64,000 nucleotides of DNA from Cetorhinus maximus (Eukaryota): positions 34,906,001 through 34,970,000 of the forward strand of contig NC_135899.1 of assembly GCF_964194155.1 (NCBI RefSeq), written 5' to 3'. The notes beneath the pieces are model-generated. The model made no database searches and was not told where the DNA came from. It saw only the letters and a program-made list of their open reading frames with translations. This document shows, in pieces, positions 1 through 13,960 of the stretch (the first letter of the stretch is position 1; every line of letters begins with the position of its first letter). A program made the translations under genes and the position numbers.

Positions 1-130
1 ATAAGCACATGAGGGAGAAAGGAACAGAAGGATATGCGGATAAGGTGAGAGGAGGCTTTTGTGAAGCATAAACTGCAGCATCGACCAACTGGGCCAAATG
101 GCCTGTTTCTGCACTGTAATTCTATGTATG
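1..130 (+). mobile_element. CR1 LINE 3' end fragment carried within the duplicated ZF cassette
   Basis: Tail ...GGGCCAAATGGCCTGTTTCTGCACTGTAATTCTATG is typical of CR1 3' ends; the same piece recurs at ~14260-14450 (+) and ~33760-33950 (-). Confidence 0.65.
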
Positions 131-905
131 TAACTTTCCATGGTTGGATTTGAACTCACAATCTCTGCATGGTTAATCCAGCACCAGAGCAATTCAGCTG
201 CCATATCCGGAGACACATTTATTGAAATGTCTTTTAATTCCTTCTTTAAAGATTTTACCTGAAGGCCTCGACCTTTTCCAAAAGCCTGGGCTTAGATTTG
301 ATAGTTTTGTCCAGTGCTGTGGCTGATAGCTGAATTTGGGATGTGTAGTCTGAGTGAGTGCAGTGTATATAATTTCCCAGAATAAACCAGAACCCTTCAA
401 TCAGCTACACTGAAGCAATATTTCCCTTAGCTTCTAGCACTTCCTGCCCAGCGTGTTTTCTGCAAATAATTTTGGAAAACAAAGGGAGAAATTTCAAAAT
501 CTCCATTCAATTAACATTTTCCCTGAGTATTTTTTATATTAAACACATACCCTAAGGGTAAAACTGGTCTTCATCAGCATGACTCAAACTCATGGTGAAT
601 TGATAGCCAGTTATACACTCCACCCGACTGTTTTTCCCATTGCCCTCAGGGTGCCTGTGATATTGGGGGCTGGGCAGAGGAAAGAAAGTAGCCACGTTGT
701 CTGCTCCTGGTCACTATCCAGTGTCCCTGCCGGAAACAGAGGGTGTGTGACAGTCTGAGGAAAAGAAAGGATTTGAATCTGATTCCCACATGCGGAATGG
801 CAGATTGACACTCATGTGAAACAGTCTCTTACGGAGGAGTCAGCCCCTTCTGCAAAGGAGGAGCGGGAGTTGGAGGAATTCATGTTTCTTTATCCTGTTC
901 TACAG

Positions 906-2826
<1,921 letters not shown>

Positions 2827-2998
2827 GAGATGTCTGTTGTTTACACTTCAGAGTTCTCACAGGGGAGCAGTGTCTACATCAAACCTCTCCTACAATCAGT
2901 CCAATTGTTTCAAGAAGGCCAATTTAGATCACCAGATCGCCAAACATCACCAAAAGCAGACATCAATATGTATAGAAGTTCCTGCTTATGCACAGATG

Positions 2999-4150
2999 TC
3001 ACTGTGTCTCTGGGAGGATTCCCTCAGTTACAGGAAGTAGGCAATTCAAGAGAATGTGTGTCAGGATTTTCCCTGCTGTGGACAAGAGGGAAATACCTTG
3101 ATCGTTTCTGCAGCGTGATTTATCCTGATCTATTGATGACCCTGGTGACTTCAAAAAAGATTGGCATGTCATGATGTTCAGCATATTGGTGGATCTCTTG
3201 GGATTTTTCTTCCCACCACATGTCCTTTATCTTCTGGATTTGTCTTTAGGCATCAGTCTTGAGCTGTTGAACTGCTGCCTTCTTGAGTTGTGACCTTGGG
3301 TTGTTCTGCCAGGCAATGAAGGCTGATCGTTTTTGATCCAGGAGGTCACATATTTGAATGTCATGTTCATTGAGCCAATGCTGGTGATAATGAAGCTCGA
3401 ACCCAATGGTCTGGGCACAGGAGTTTAGTACAGCTGACTTTATTTTGATTCCACTGTTTGGGAATTGAATTGGATATGTGAAGATTTTCCCGATTGTTTG
3501 TGAGCTGCACCTGGAATTCCTCTCTTCGGTTGGGCTGTTTTAGGGCTGAGACATTGATCTTCTTCCTCTTGGACTTTTGGGCCTTGTGATATCTTGGTGC
3601 TGGGTGGATGTTCATCACCGATTGAACAAGCCAATGATCTGCCCAGCAGGCATCAGTCCCCCACATGGATCCAGTGATACAGACATCACTTAGAGCTTTG
3701 ATTTGGCTTTAGACCTTCCAGAGGAACCTCCAACATGGTATTTGTTTCCAGACAAACCCAAGAAAAATATCAAGAGCAACACCAGGACCTCTTCATTACA
3801 TTCATTAATGTGTCCAAAGCATTTAACTCAGTAAATCGTGAGGCTCTGTGGATTGTGCTCTGACGATTTGGATGTCCAAGAAACTTTATCACAATCCTGC
3901 AATTACTTCATGATGATATGACTGCAGATGCTTTGGGTGGGAGATCTGAAACAGAAGCCTTCACATCCAAACTGGTGTCAAGCAAGGCTGTGTGATAGCC
4001 CCCATTCTACTCATTTACCTCGGTCGCTTCTGTGCCAAAACTAAACTGACCACCATAGATACACACAATCTACAGTTTACAGATGACTGCAGTGTCATTG
4101 TGCACTCTGCAACAGATTTGCAAACTATTCTGATGTCTTCAATGCTGCAT
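2999..4150. mobile_element. RTE-clade LINE fragment with inverted 5' part
   Basis: Minus 2999-3690 encodes GISLLSTAGKILTHILLNCLLPVTEGILPETQ; plus ~3705-4150 continues GFRPSRGT..MVF..RQ.QEK...KAFNSVNREALW...GVKQGCVIAP (RT motifs). Confidence 0.85.
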
Positions 4151-5629
4151 GTGTTTGTATAATGGAAACAAGCTCCAACCTCTGCCTCCAAACTTCAATG
4201 TCATTTCTGACCATCGGAATTGGGAGCTGGACTAAAGCACAGGATTTTAAAGAAACTTCTGTCTGTAGTATTCTGAGAGAGTTTCCCCTGATGTGAGCAC
4301 GTGTGTGTTAGTAAAGTGAGCCAGCTCTCAGGTGTGGGTATGGGGTAGAATCGGACCCTGCTTTAGCTGGTGATGTGAATTATAGACAGATCCTCTTCAG
4401 GTGACGGGTGTTTGACTAATACCATGAGTACTGTTTGTACTCTCCTGTCTGGAAGGACTATTATCCTGGAAATGGCGAGGGACTGGGTGTGAGCCTCTAC
4501 AGATCTGAGTTCCCTCAGCCCATCAGACCTCAATGTAATAACGGTGTGATATGCTCACCTTACACTCTCCCAAGATTCATTTCATGTTCTGGCAAAGTTC
4601 TTGAGTCACTTTCAAATGATTTGTTATTTTGGTTGATTCAGTGTTTGTTGTGAGCCAAATATTGTGTTGTTGTTTGTCTGCCGTGTTATCAATCTTCTGT
4701 ATAGATTTAAAATGCGCAATTAATTCTTTCTTTTAATTAGCCCAAAGGACCTGATTTGTCAGCGTGGTGTGTTCCTATGAAACATTCAGGAGCATACAGT
4801 ATGAGAACTGTAATATGAGAACCAGGGACTTTACCACCTTCCACAGCTTCAGGAACCCAGACACAATGACAACACTGACACGTGCAGCTCGAACTAGTTA
4901 CCAATTAACTTACCAGGGCCACACAAATAATTCAATTGGTCAGACACATTTAAAAAAAATATTTGCTTCAGTAAAATCTTTGGCAAATGTGCAGCAACCT
5001 GAAGTGCAGAGTTTGTGGCTGAGAGTTTACACTAGTGTGTTGGTTTTATCAGCATAATCCAACTGAAATTGACCACATCAGGAAATTTAAATGTAAGTTA
5101 CACCAAGCGTAAATTGAACTAGTTGCGATCTTAAACATTATTAAACATCACCAAAGAAGCTGGTACCAACCACAGAAATGACCACATCCCCAGACAGGAA
5201 TAATGAGAGTGGCGAGCTTCAGCCGATTGCGCCTGCTTGAGGCGGCTCTTCAAATTACACTCAGGGTTTTTTGGCATTCAGGCACCAACAGTCATTGATA
5301 TTCATGACTTAAGGAGGAGAGAGGGATAGGAGAGAGATAGAGAGCATTGAGGAGATTAGGAACAAGGTCCATGGGACTGGGACTGATGCCACCATTTCAT
5401 GCACCACACACTGAGGAGGAGGTGTTGTTTATTGACACTTGTGTCTCTCTGAGGCAGCTCACAGAGAGAAGCTAGTGGGAAGAACTGTTTCTGCTACTGG
5501 CTACACCTGGGGGTGGATCACAGTATTCCCCAGAGAGAGAGAGAATGGTCACAATCATCCTAGTGAACTGCACGCTGAACAATATCACTCTCAAACAAGG
5601 CCTAGACTGGGAGAGCCCAGGAGAGGAAC

Positions 5630-5752
5630 CAGGTGAGGTGAATGGACTGGGACATCCTGGGAGAGGTGAATGGACCGGAACATCCCAGGAGAGGTGAATT
5701 GACCAGGACATGATGGCAGAGGTGAATGGACCAGGAGAGGAACTGGACAAGG
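5630..5752 (+). repeat. ~26-bp tandem repeat (GGAGAGGTGAATGGACTGGGACATCC-like), ~5 units
   Basis: Repeating AGGTGAATGGAC core; inverted paralog at 27715-27950. Confidence 0.85.
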
Positions 5753-6202
5753 TGAATATTAAGCCTCAGAAATTAGAGCTGAGGGGAGCTGAACCTCCAC
5801 AAGAGGCAGCTTTTGGACAGGGCACGGCTGTCAGATATCAACACATGGGGGGGAGGCATACTCAGACAATGAGTCCCACCTCATGCCCCACTGAGCTCCC
5901 ATCCCCAATGGAGAGTCTAACAAAATGTGGACACTGCGATTTAAACAGAGAAGATTCATTACAATCTCCAATTATTAATTTTTAACATTAAATAGAACTG
6001 TCCAGTTCCAAAAATACAGATAAACGACATTTTTCCACCTTTTACAACATATTAAAAAATTAATATTTCATAAACATTCTTATAAACAAGACTGGAAATA
6101 TTTATTTAGAAATTTTCACTAATTGGAAAGTAAAACATTTTGTTTTGAAGAAAGTGCAGTCATTCAAAAAACGTTAGCCAAGTGCAAACAACCAAATAAT
6201 TA

Positions 6203-6686
6203 CAGGCAGTTGACTTTATGACGTTCGAGTTACAATGAACGGCACTTACATTTATAAATTGACATCCTGTTTTGACTTTCCCACGCTGGTTTCGACTTTA
6301 TGACATCACGCCAGCGAACAGGTTCAAATGATCATATGAACTGCCCTTCTCCCTGACTCGATGCTCAGTTGCTGTTCTGATGCAATAGGTACAGTGCTAT
6401 ACTATGTTTCTATATGTAGTTTTAGCTTATTATGTGATTTTTTTTATGTCAATATGTTTGCTATTTACAACATAAATACATGAATATTGCTATATTCTTG
6501 CCTATAATTGATTGAGTACAAAATTCTGGGTTATTTTGGTGAAAATAAGGTATCGCACCTATGTTCAGGAACCAATCCCCCATTTATAGCATTGTATTTA
6601 TTGGAAAATCGGTTCCGAGTTACGAAGTTTCAACTTAAGACGCGGTTTTCAGAAACCAATTGTGTCATAAGTCTGAGGACTGCCTG
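6203..6686. mobile_element. Non-autonomous Tc1/mariner (Tigger-like) DNA element
   Basis: TIRs CAGGCAGT..ACTTTATGAC and GTCATAAGT..ACTGCCTG; left flank TA, right flank CA (likely a mutated TA). Confidence 0.7.
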
Positions 6687-6836
6687 CATTCAAAATGTGA
6701 AATCAACTCTGTGCCGACTCTGCCCTTGGACAAGGAGGAGAAAGTGGAGGTGTCAGAAACAGGAATTAAACACTCCGCTTCTCATCAGACTCCTTGCTCG
6801 GCCCCTCATACCCAGACCCGATCTTCTCCCTGATAC

Positions 6837-6931
6837 CCCCTGCGCTGTGTGCCAGGCACTGTGCTCAGTGAGTCTCCCTGCTGACCCCTGCGCTGTGTGC
6901 CAGGCACTGTGCTCAGTGAGTCTCCCTGCTG
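6837..6931 (+). repeat. 48-bp direct tandem duplication
   Basis: CCCCTGCGCTGTGTGCCAGGCACTGTGCTCAGTGAGTCTCCCTGCTG occurs at 6837 and 6885. Confidence 0.95.
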
Positions 6932-7680
6932 TGTGATTAGGAATGGAGATCCAATGGGTTCTGGGACTGGGATTCACCGCCTCTCACTGCCATCTGTTTC
7001 TTGACAGAGAAGCTGCTGCCTCGACTCAAGGACTGAGGGTCTCCATGCAGCTGGTGAGGGCTCTGGCAGGGATTGGGAAAAGGACATGGGGTCAGGTGAG
7101 GGGTGAGGGACAGAACGAGGGGTCAGGCAAAGGTTGTAGGACAAAACGAGGGATCAGGCAAAGGGCGTAGGACAGAGTGTGGGGTCAGGAAAGGGAGGTG
7201 GCATCAGGCGAACGGAGAGAGGCTGACAAAGATGTCTGGTGATGTCTCGGATGAGGGATCATGCAAGAGGGGTCTGGCAAGAAGGGAAGGATCATTCCCA
7301 AGCCAGTCCCCCACTCGCAGAATCACTCTCTGAGCACTGGGTCAATCTCCTCTCCCCTCTCTCCTGCATCCCTCTCTCCTGTGCCTCCTCTCTCATGTGT
7401 CCCCTCTCTCTTATACCCCATCTCTCTCCCGTCCCCCACGCTCCTGTGCCCCCCTCTCTTCTGTGCATGTGCTGATTTGGCCATCACTGCCTTGGATGCT
7501 GTGGGTCTTCCTCTTTCAATGTGCTTGCATCTCAGGTAGTAATCCAGAGATTGTTACTTTTGTAGTTCAGATATTTAATTTGGTCCTGAGCTGCTCCTGC
7601 TCCCTCAGCTTCACTTGTCCTATCTATGTTGTTGGTACCCACATCAACCATGACACTGGATTCGTCCCTTCTCAATCCAA

Positions 7681-7805
7681 GGCCGTGATTTTCAGGTCCT
7701 ACCAGTGGCAGGACCCATCGTGGGTTGGGCGAAAAATTTGGCAAACAAGCAAAAAGTCCATTGACTTGTGACAGGAATTTCTGATCCCACCTGAAAATCC
7801 TGGCC
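7681..7805. mobile_element. Short MITE with ~17-bp TIRs (PIF/Harbinger-like)
   Basis: GGCCGTGATTTTCAGGT ... ACCTGAAAATCCTGGCC; superfamily inferred from the GGCC-type termini. Confidence 0.55.
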
Positions 7806-8600
7806 TGAGTGTCTCTCTAGTCCTGAGGAGATATCCTTAACCTTAATTTTCCAACTTCTGTTCCTCACAAAATTCAAACAGAGATTAAGCCTCACTTGCC
7901 TTCCACATGGTCAATGATAATGTTAGGGTTTTACTCTGCTTGCAGTGCAGCTCTACCTGACTGTCATTTACTTTGACTAACTTCTCTCAACAAGCTGCAA
8001 ACCACACGAGGTCCAAACTGCAACTAAAAACCTCTCCCAGCAAACACCCAGATAAATTGAAACCAGAAAGCCTCCTTCAGCTCCACCCATCTCCATGACA
8101 ACATAGCCTGCTCTGGGCTGTCCTCAAACTGACTATTAAATTAATTCTCCCTTATTTACAATTTCTTCTTTGACCTAATAAAGGGCTCATTGAATGCTTT
8201 TAAACTAATTTAGCTCTAACTCCAAAAACAAAACAATCCCTCTGGACTGTCATTACTGCAAGGAGTGCAGACATCAAGCCTCCAGCTTTCCAACTAAGTA
8301 AGCCCACCTGCTGTTTTATTGCTCTCTCTATTCTGATCTTCTTAACCCACAACCTAAAAGTTATATTCCTAAAACTAAAAATTATATTCCAAAAAATATG
8401 AGCCATGAACTAAATATTCACAACACTCCCCACCTGAAGAAAATGAAAATATGTCACCAAGTGATGTGTTTTCGTTTATACCATGTAGAATATTACACTT
8501 TACAATATGTTGTATATCTTAACAATTATCTGACCACATGCAATGCATACAATAATCATCCCATTGTCCAATCAACTTCACAAGTTCATCAGCTCTCTGC

Positions 8601-8880
8601 TCAATTCCATGTCCAGTTTAAGATGTAAAATATTACTTTTTGTGATGTTTTCTTCTTACAATATTTATTGTTCAAAGTTGTATCTCCAAAAGAAGATTTT
8701 TCATTCTTATTCACAAGTGAATTTTCAAACTCAGGCTTTAAGACAGTCTGTGCAGGTTGAACCCCATTGGTTGTTCCAAGAATGTCATTTGCAATTTTTT
8801 CTTTGATCTGATGAAGTGCTTGCATGCAAAGTGGTTCAGTTTCTTGTAGTTAGAGTACTGCTTTCCCCACGCTACACACT
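8601..8880 (-). mobile_element. Gypsy-type gag relic (decayed CCHC knuckle) directly 3' of ZF gene B
   Basis: Minus strand translates KCVAWGKQYSNYKKLNHFACK, matching the gag pattern CPAxGKxCxxCxKxNHFAxxC; homolog at 44485-44960 retains CSNC. Confidence 0.65.
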
Positions 8881-8899
8881 TTCCCTCACAATTGAAGAC

Positions 8900-10159
8900 T
8901 CACTCCCCTGTGTGGATCCTCTGATGGAACAGGAGATCTGATGAACTCAAGAAGGATTTGTCACACACCTCACCTGGGAAAGGTTCCTCTGTGTGAATGT
9001 GTTGGTGTGCACAGAGGGACGATGAGGCCGAGAATGATCTGTCACACGTGAATGGCTTTTCCCCAGTGTGAACACGCCAATGTTTCAGAAGGTCCCATGA
9101 TTCTGCAAAGCTCTTGTCACACACCTCACACTTAAATGGCTTCTCCCCAGTGTGAACGTGTTGGTGTGCACATAGGGATGATGAGTGTGAGAATGATTTG
9201 TCACACACCTCACACGTGAATGGTTTCTCCCCAGTGTGAATGCGTCGGTGTCTACGGAGGTGCGATGATTGTGAGAATGATTTGTCACACACCTCACACT
9301 TAAACGGCTTCTCTCCAGTGTGACTGCGTCGATGTTTCACCAGCGTTGATGACTGTGTGAAGGCTTGATCGCACACCTCACACTTGAAGGGTTTCTCTCC
9401 TGTGTGAATCCTCTGGTGTCTCAAGAGGTGATAGGTTTGGGAGAAAGCCATCTCACAAAATTCACACTTGAAGGGTTTCTCCCCTGTGTGAATCCTTTGG
9501 TGTATCAGGAGGGTTGAAGATCTCGCAAAAGCTTTATCGCAAAACTCACAATTGAAGTGTTTCTCTCCTGTGTGGATTGTCTGATGTAGCTGGAGGCTCC
9601 TTAAGTTTGTGAAAACTTTGTCACAAACCTCACACTTGACCTCTTCTGCCCCTGTGTGAATGAGCTGGTGTTCACGAAGGTTTGTTAACCACGAGAATGA
9701 TTTGTCACACACCTCGCACTTGAATGGTTTCTCTCCTGTGTGAATGCGTTGGTGTGCACGGTAGGCTGATGACTGCCTGAATGATGTATCACACATCTCA
9801 CATCTGAATGGTTTCTCTCCTGTGTGAATGCGTTGGTGTTCACGGAGGGACGACGGCTGTGAGAAGGATTTGTCACACACCTCACACCTGAATGGTTTCT
9901 CTCCTGTGTGAATGCGCAGATGCACACGGAGAGTCCAGGACTGTGTGAATGATTTGCCGCATACCTTGCAAGTGAATAGATTCTCACCTCTCTGAGTGCA
10001 TTTATGTACACGGAGGTTTGATGACCACGCGAATGATTTGTCACACACCTCACACGTGAATGGTTTCTCCCCTGTGTGAATGTGTCGATGTTGCACGAGT
10101 GTCGATAATTTTGGGAAGGCTCGGTCACACACCTCACACTTGAACCGTTTCTCTTCCAT
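8900..10159 (-). CDS. C2H2 zinc-finger protein, copy B (419 aa, ~15 fingers, no effector domain seen)
   Basis: Open ORF MEEKRFKCEVC... with TGEKPF linkers; finger 2 and the last two fingers are defective; acceptor at 10629-10631. Confidence 0.92.
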   Translation of the reverse strand: MEEKRFKCEVCDRAFPKLSTLVQHRHIHTGEKPFTCEVCDKSFAWSSNLRVHKCTQRGENLFTCKVCGKSFTQSWTLRVHLRIHTGEKPFRCEVCDKSFSQPSSLREHQRIHTGEKPFRCEMCDTSFRQSSAYRAHQRIHTGEKPFKCEVCDKSFSWLTNLREHQLIHTGAEEVKCEVCDKVFTNLRSLQLHQTIHTGEKHFNCEFCDKAFARSSTLLIHQRIHTGEKPFKCEFCEMAFSQTYHLLRHQRIHTGEKPFKCEVCDQAFTQSSTLVKHRRSHTGEKPFKCEVCDKSFSQSSHLRRHRRIHTGEKPFTCEVCDKSFSHSSSLCAHQHVHTGEKPFKCEVCDKSFAESWDLLKHWRVHTGEKPFTCDRSFSASSSLCAHQHIHTEEPFPGEVCDKSFLSSSDLLFHQRIHTGE

Positions 10160-11354
10160 GAAGTGGCCCTTGTCTTAATAGTTGTATAACAGATGCACCT
10201 TGTGTGTTAGGAGATCGTATGAACCTGTGGAGCCCTCCTCGCACACCTCACACTTGAACAGCCTCTCACCTGTCAGAATAAATCAGTGATTCATGAGGCT
10301 CAATGAATGCTTGAAGCTCTCACCACACTTGGAGCCACTTACACTTCTTCCCAGCCTCGCACTGACCGATCACCCACAGCCGAACATTTGGAAAGGTCAG
10401 TTCTGATGGAAGGCTCCACACCACTGACCAGTTTCAGATTTGATGATACGTCTAAGCTCCCCTGACCCAACCGATTTCCAGATGATGGTTTCACTGTCCA
10501 ACCTTCTCTGTGTTGAGCAATGATGCGAAGGGACTGGATGGCTTCCCACAGATGTTCTTTGAAGGTCAGGATCTATCTGCGGTGTCTATCCTCTCTGTAT
10601 TCTCTGGTGTAGTTTTGGTGGAATCCTTCTGTAAAATAGGAAAAGGAAACATGATTTCCTCCAACTCCTTCTCCTCCTTTGTTAAAGGGGCTGACTCCTC
10701 AGTTAGAGACTGTTCCACAGTGAGTGCCAGTCTGCTATTCACCTGTGTGGGGGATCAGATACAAGTCCTTTTTCCTCATTTGACTGTCACACATCCTCTG
10801 TTTCCGGCAGGAATACTCACTGGATAGTGACCAGGAGCAGACAATGTGGCTATTTTCTTTCCTCTGCCCAATCTCCTACCCTCCCAGGCACTGTGAGGAC
10901 AATGGAAAAGACGGTCGGGCGGAGTGTAAAATGGGCTATCAATTCATGATGAGCTTGTGTCGTGCTGGTGAAGACCAGTTTTGCCCTGAGAGTTTGTGTT
11001 TCATATAAAAAACACTCAGGAGAAATATTCATTCAATGGAGTTTTTGAAAATTCTCCACTTGGTTTCCAAAATTGTTCGAAGAAAATGCACTGGGCAAGA
11101 AGTGCTAGAAGCTAAGGAAAATATTGCTTCAGTGTGTCTGATTGAAGGGTTCTGGTTTATCCTGGGAAATTAGATACACTGCACTCACTGAGACAGCTGA
11201 ATTTGGGATGTGCAACCAGTCTCAGCACTGGGCAAAACTATCAAATCCAAGCCCAGGCTTTTGGGAAAGGCCGAGGCCTTCAAGTAAAATCTTTAAAGAA
11301 GGCATTAAAAGAAATTGCAATAAATGCGTCTCCAGGTCTGGCAGCTGAATTGCT

Positions 11355-11630
11355 CTGGAGATTACAGAGATAGGGAGGGGCAAGGCCATGGAGGGTAAAA
11401 CATGGATGAGAATTTTAAAATCGAGGTGTTGCTTGACCGGGAGCCAATGTATATCAATGAGCACAGGGGTGATTGGCAAATGGGCCTTGGTGTCAGTTAG
11501 GAGTGTTGGAGGAGCTCAAGTTTACAGCGCAAGATCTGAGAATAGCAAGGAGAGCATTGGAATAGTTGAGTCTAGAGCCTGCAAAGTTAGGGATGAGGGT
11601 TTCAGCGGCAGATTAGTGAGGCAGGGTGTC
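11355..11630 (-). mobile_element. L2 LINE ORF2 3' fragment in intron of B
   Basis: PITPVLIDIHWLPVKQHLDFKIL is a typical L2 C-terminal motif; paralog at 41120-41168 plus 42040-42275. Confidence 0.8.
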
Positions 11631-11759
11631 TCTCCTGTGAGTGGAACTTGCACCTCTTCCTATGCACGGTGTCCCTATTCCTGACCAACACAGGGAAATG
11701 ACAGTGAGAGGCAAGGATGGTAACGGAGAACCCTTCATAGAATCATACAGAGTCATAGA

Positions 11760-12115
11760 ATAGTACAGCACAAAAGGATGTGCTGCACTGTCAGAGGTTC
11801 CATCTTTCAGATGAGATCTCAAACTAGGCCCCTTCTGCTCTCTCTAAGGTGGGTGTAAAGGATCCCATGGCACTACTTTGAAGAAGAACAAGAGAGTTAT
11901 CTCTGGTGTCCACACCAACATTAATCCCTCATTCAACACGACTAAAAAATAGATTATCACGTCATTATCACATTGCTGTTTGTGGGAGCTTGCTGTGCAC
12001 ACATTGGCTGCCACGTTTCTGATATTACAACAGTGACTACACTTAAAAAATACTTCACTGGCTCTGGTGGTTGTGAAAGGCTCTATATAAATGCAAGTCC
12101 TCACTTTCTTTCTTT
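11760..12115 (+). mobile_element. Deu-domain tRNA-SINE (SacSINE1/AmnSINE1-like), 5'-truncated
   Basis: TGCTGCACTGTCAGAGG..CTTTCAGATGAG..TAAAGGATCCCATGGCACTA core and TATATAAATGCAAGT..TTTCTTTC tail. Confidence 0.75.
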
Positions 12116-12318
12116 TCTGAGGAGGTTACAGAGATAGGGGGTGGGAGGTCTTGGAGCATTTGAAAAGACAGGAAACATCCAGATCACAAAACACAGACAG
12201 AACTGAACATTCACAGTCCACAGGATAATAACCAGCTCCCAACACACACAGAACTCAACAATAGGAAATCAGTAAGAATCCTCAGACACTCTGCACCTCC
12301 CAGATAATTACACCTCAC

Positions 12319-12357
12319 CTTCTCATATTCAGTAATGAGCCATCAACAAAAGTCAGC
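12319..12357 (-). other. Putative 39-nt 5' micro-exon (exon 2) of ZF gene B
   Basis: On the minus strand: TTCCCTTCTGATTTACAG|GCTGAC...ATGAGAAG|GTGAGG; same length in copies D, E and F. Confidence 0.7.
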
Positions 12358-12587
12358 CTGTAAATCAGAAGGGAAATGCTTCCAATAAACACACTCAATA
12401 TCCAACACACAGCTCCAGGCAAACAGTTCAGCACAAAGCACCGAGTAAACAGCTCTCTCAGCTGGATGTTCTCACACAGCATAAGGGGCATTTCCACAGC
12501 TGATTCCCCACAGGATAGTCAGGCTGCCTGAAGATTAGTGTGGATATTATGTGATGTAATTATTATAAATTGTGTTCGTTCACTCAC

Positions 12588-12720
12588 CATGTCCTGAGTT
12601 GGTTTTGAGTCCCTACAGGAAGTGAAGCAGCTGTGGAACAGGAAGAGGAGAGAATGGGCAGAGTGGGTGGGGCTCTCTGATTGACGTCTCTCACAGCCAA
12701 TCCAAATATTTCTGGAGTAA
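12588..12720 (-). promoter_or_regulatory. Promoter and exon 1 of ZF gene B
   Basis: CCAAT 12697-12701, CRE-like TGACGTC 12682-12688, ETS-type CAGGAAGTG ~12616; donor GACATG|GTGAGT at 12588/12587. Confidence 0.7.
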
Positions 12721-12939
12721 CATGAGTTTCCTGAAGTTTGGGAAACTGACCAGTGAAACGGAGGCGACTTTGAGCAGCAGATCAGGTGGGGATTTAAACT
12801 TGTCATTGTCCCATCTGAATAAAACCTCACTTATTGCAGCTGCTGTCTCAGTTCCCCCGGTAAATGTTTGACTGTGTGTTGAGATCTGGATGTTGCCTGT
12901 CTTTACAAACCCCTCCAAGACCTTTCATCACCCTCAGAA

Positions 12940-13085
12940 AAAGAAAGACTTGCATTTATGTCGAGCCTTTCATGACCGCCAGATGTCCCAAAGTTCCTTA
13001 CAGCCAATGAAGTACTTTTGAAGTGTAGTCACTGTTATAATATAGGAAACGTGGCAGACAATGTGCACACAGCAAGCTCCCAAAT
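12940..13085 (-). mobile_element. Deu-type SINE 3' fragment
   Basis: Reverse complement of the tail seen at 11990-12110 (AAAGAAAGACTTGCATTTAT...). Confidence 0.65.
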
Positions 13086-13499
13086 TATGTTAACACTCCT
13101 GCAGAGTACTAGGTCCATTGAACTATGTTAAAGGTGCTATACAAATGCAAGTTGCTGTTGCTTATTGTTGTGTTAAAATGTCAGAAAGTGACCTGTCGTT
13201 TAGTAGGAACAGCATGATTCCCCTTATGGTTCACCAGCCAACTGACTCACGTTGTGAAGCAGTCTCCCAGTGAGGGGGCAGACTCATTGTAAAGGGAGAT
13301 CAGATTATAATCTATAACTGGCAGCAGAGCAGGGTAGGAATGGCTGCATACTAGTTCAAACTCAGTGTGTCAGGGAGCACTGAAGGATGCACGTTCAGGC
13401 TGCAGTCCCCCTCCCTGCATGGATGGGGTGTGGGTGTGGGGTTGAGGGTAGTTCCTGATCTCAGCCCAGATAGAGAGGAAGTAGTGGGCAGAAAGGCAA

Positions 13500-13960
13500 G
13501 TGGCAGAGAGGGAGCCACTGCTGCTCCTGACATCTCGATCTACTGGTTTGATGATAATCATGGAATGAGGGCTGTGCCAGGCTGTGAGATTGTGGTGGAA
13601 TACAATCCTGCTGCTGCTGATAGCTCACTGCACCTCATGGATACCCAGTTTTGGGATCTGTCCTTAGTCTACTTATCTAGTGATGTTTAACATGGTGAAA
13701 TACTCATTCATCAGTTGGGAGGGGACTGGTAGTTTTCCTTGAACTTTTTTGACCTGAAGCCATGAGATTCCATGGAGTCAGTTTTAAGGACTTCCCCACC
13801 TGCCAGTGGGATGAGACATACCCGGGGAAGGAGACGGAGGAGTCTGAGATGTTTCCAGATTGATACGAATCAATGAGTATCACTGCTACTTGGCCAGTAT
13901 ATCGGGTAACTCTCCTCAGTTGGGTACTTGTCATGAGACCTTGGTAGGAGAGGCTTTACA
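13500..13960 (-). mobile_element. Decayed CR1 ORF2 fragments upstream of copy C
   Basis: Minus strand ISDSSVSFPGYVSSHWQ...PTDE resembles CR1 endonuclease; inverted paralog at ~34240-34660. Confidence 0.55.

Noticed and set aside
194-400. Recurrent MKGSGLSWEI ORF (also at 11142, 33480 and 42284)
   Set aside because: Antisense intronic sequence with a TTG start and variable ends; duplicated non-coding DNA
9085-10137. MRCVTNHSH-type ORFs overlapping the ZF genes
   Set aside because: Shifted-frame shadows of the 84-nt finger repeat
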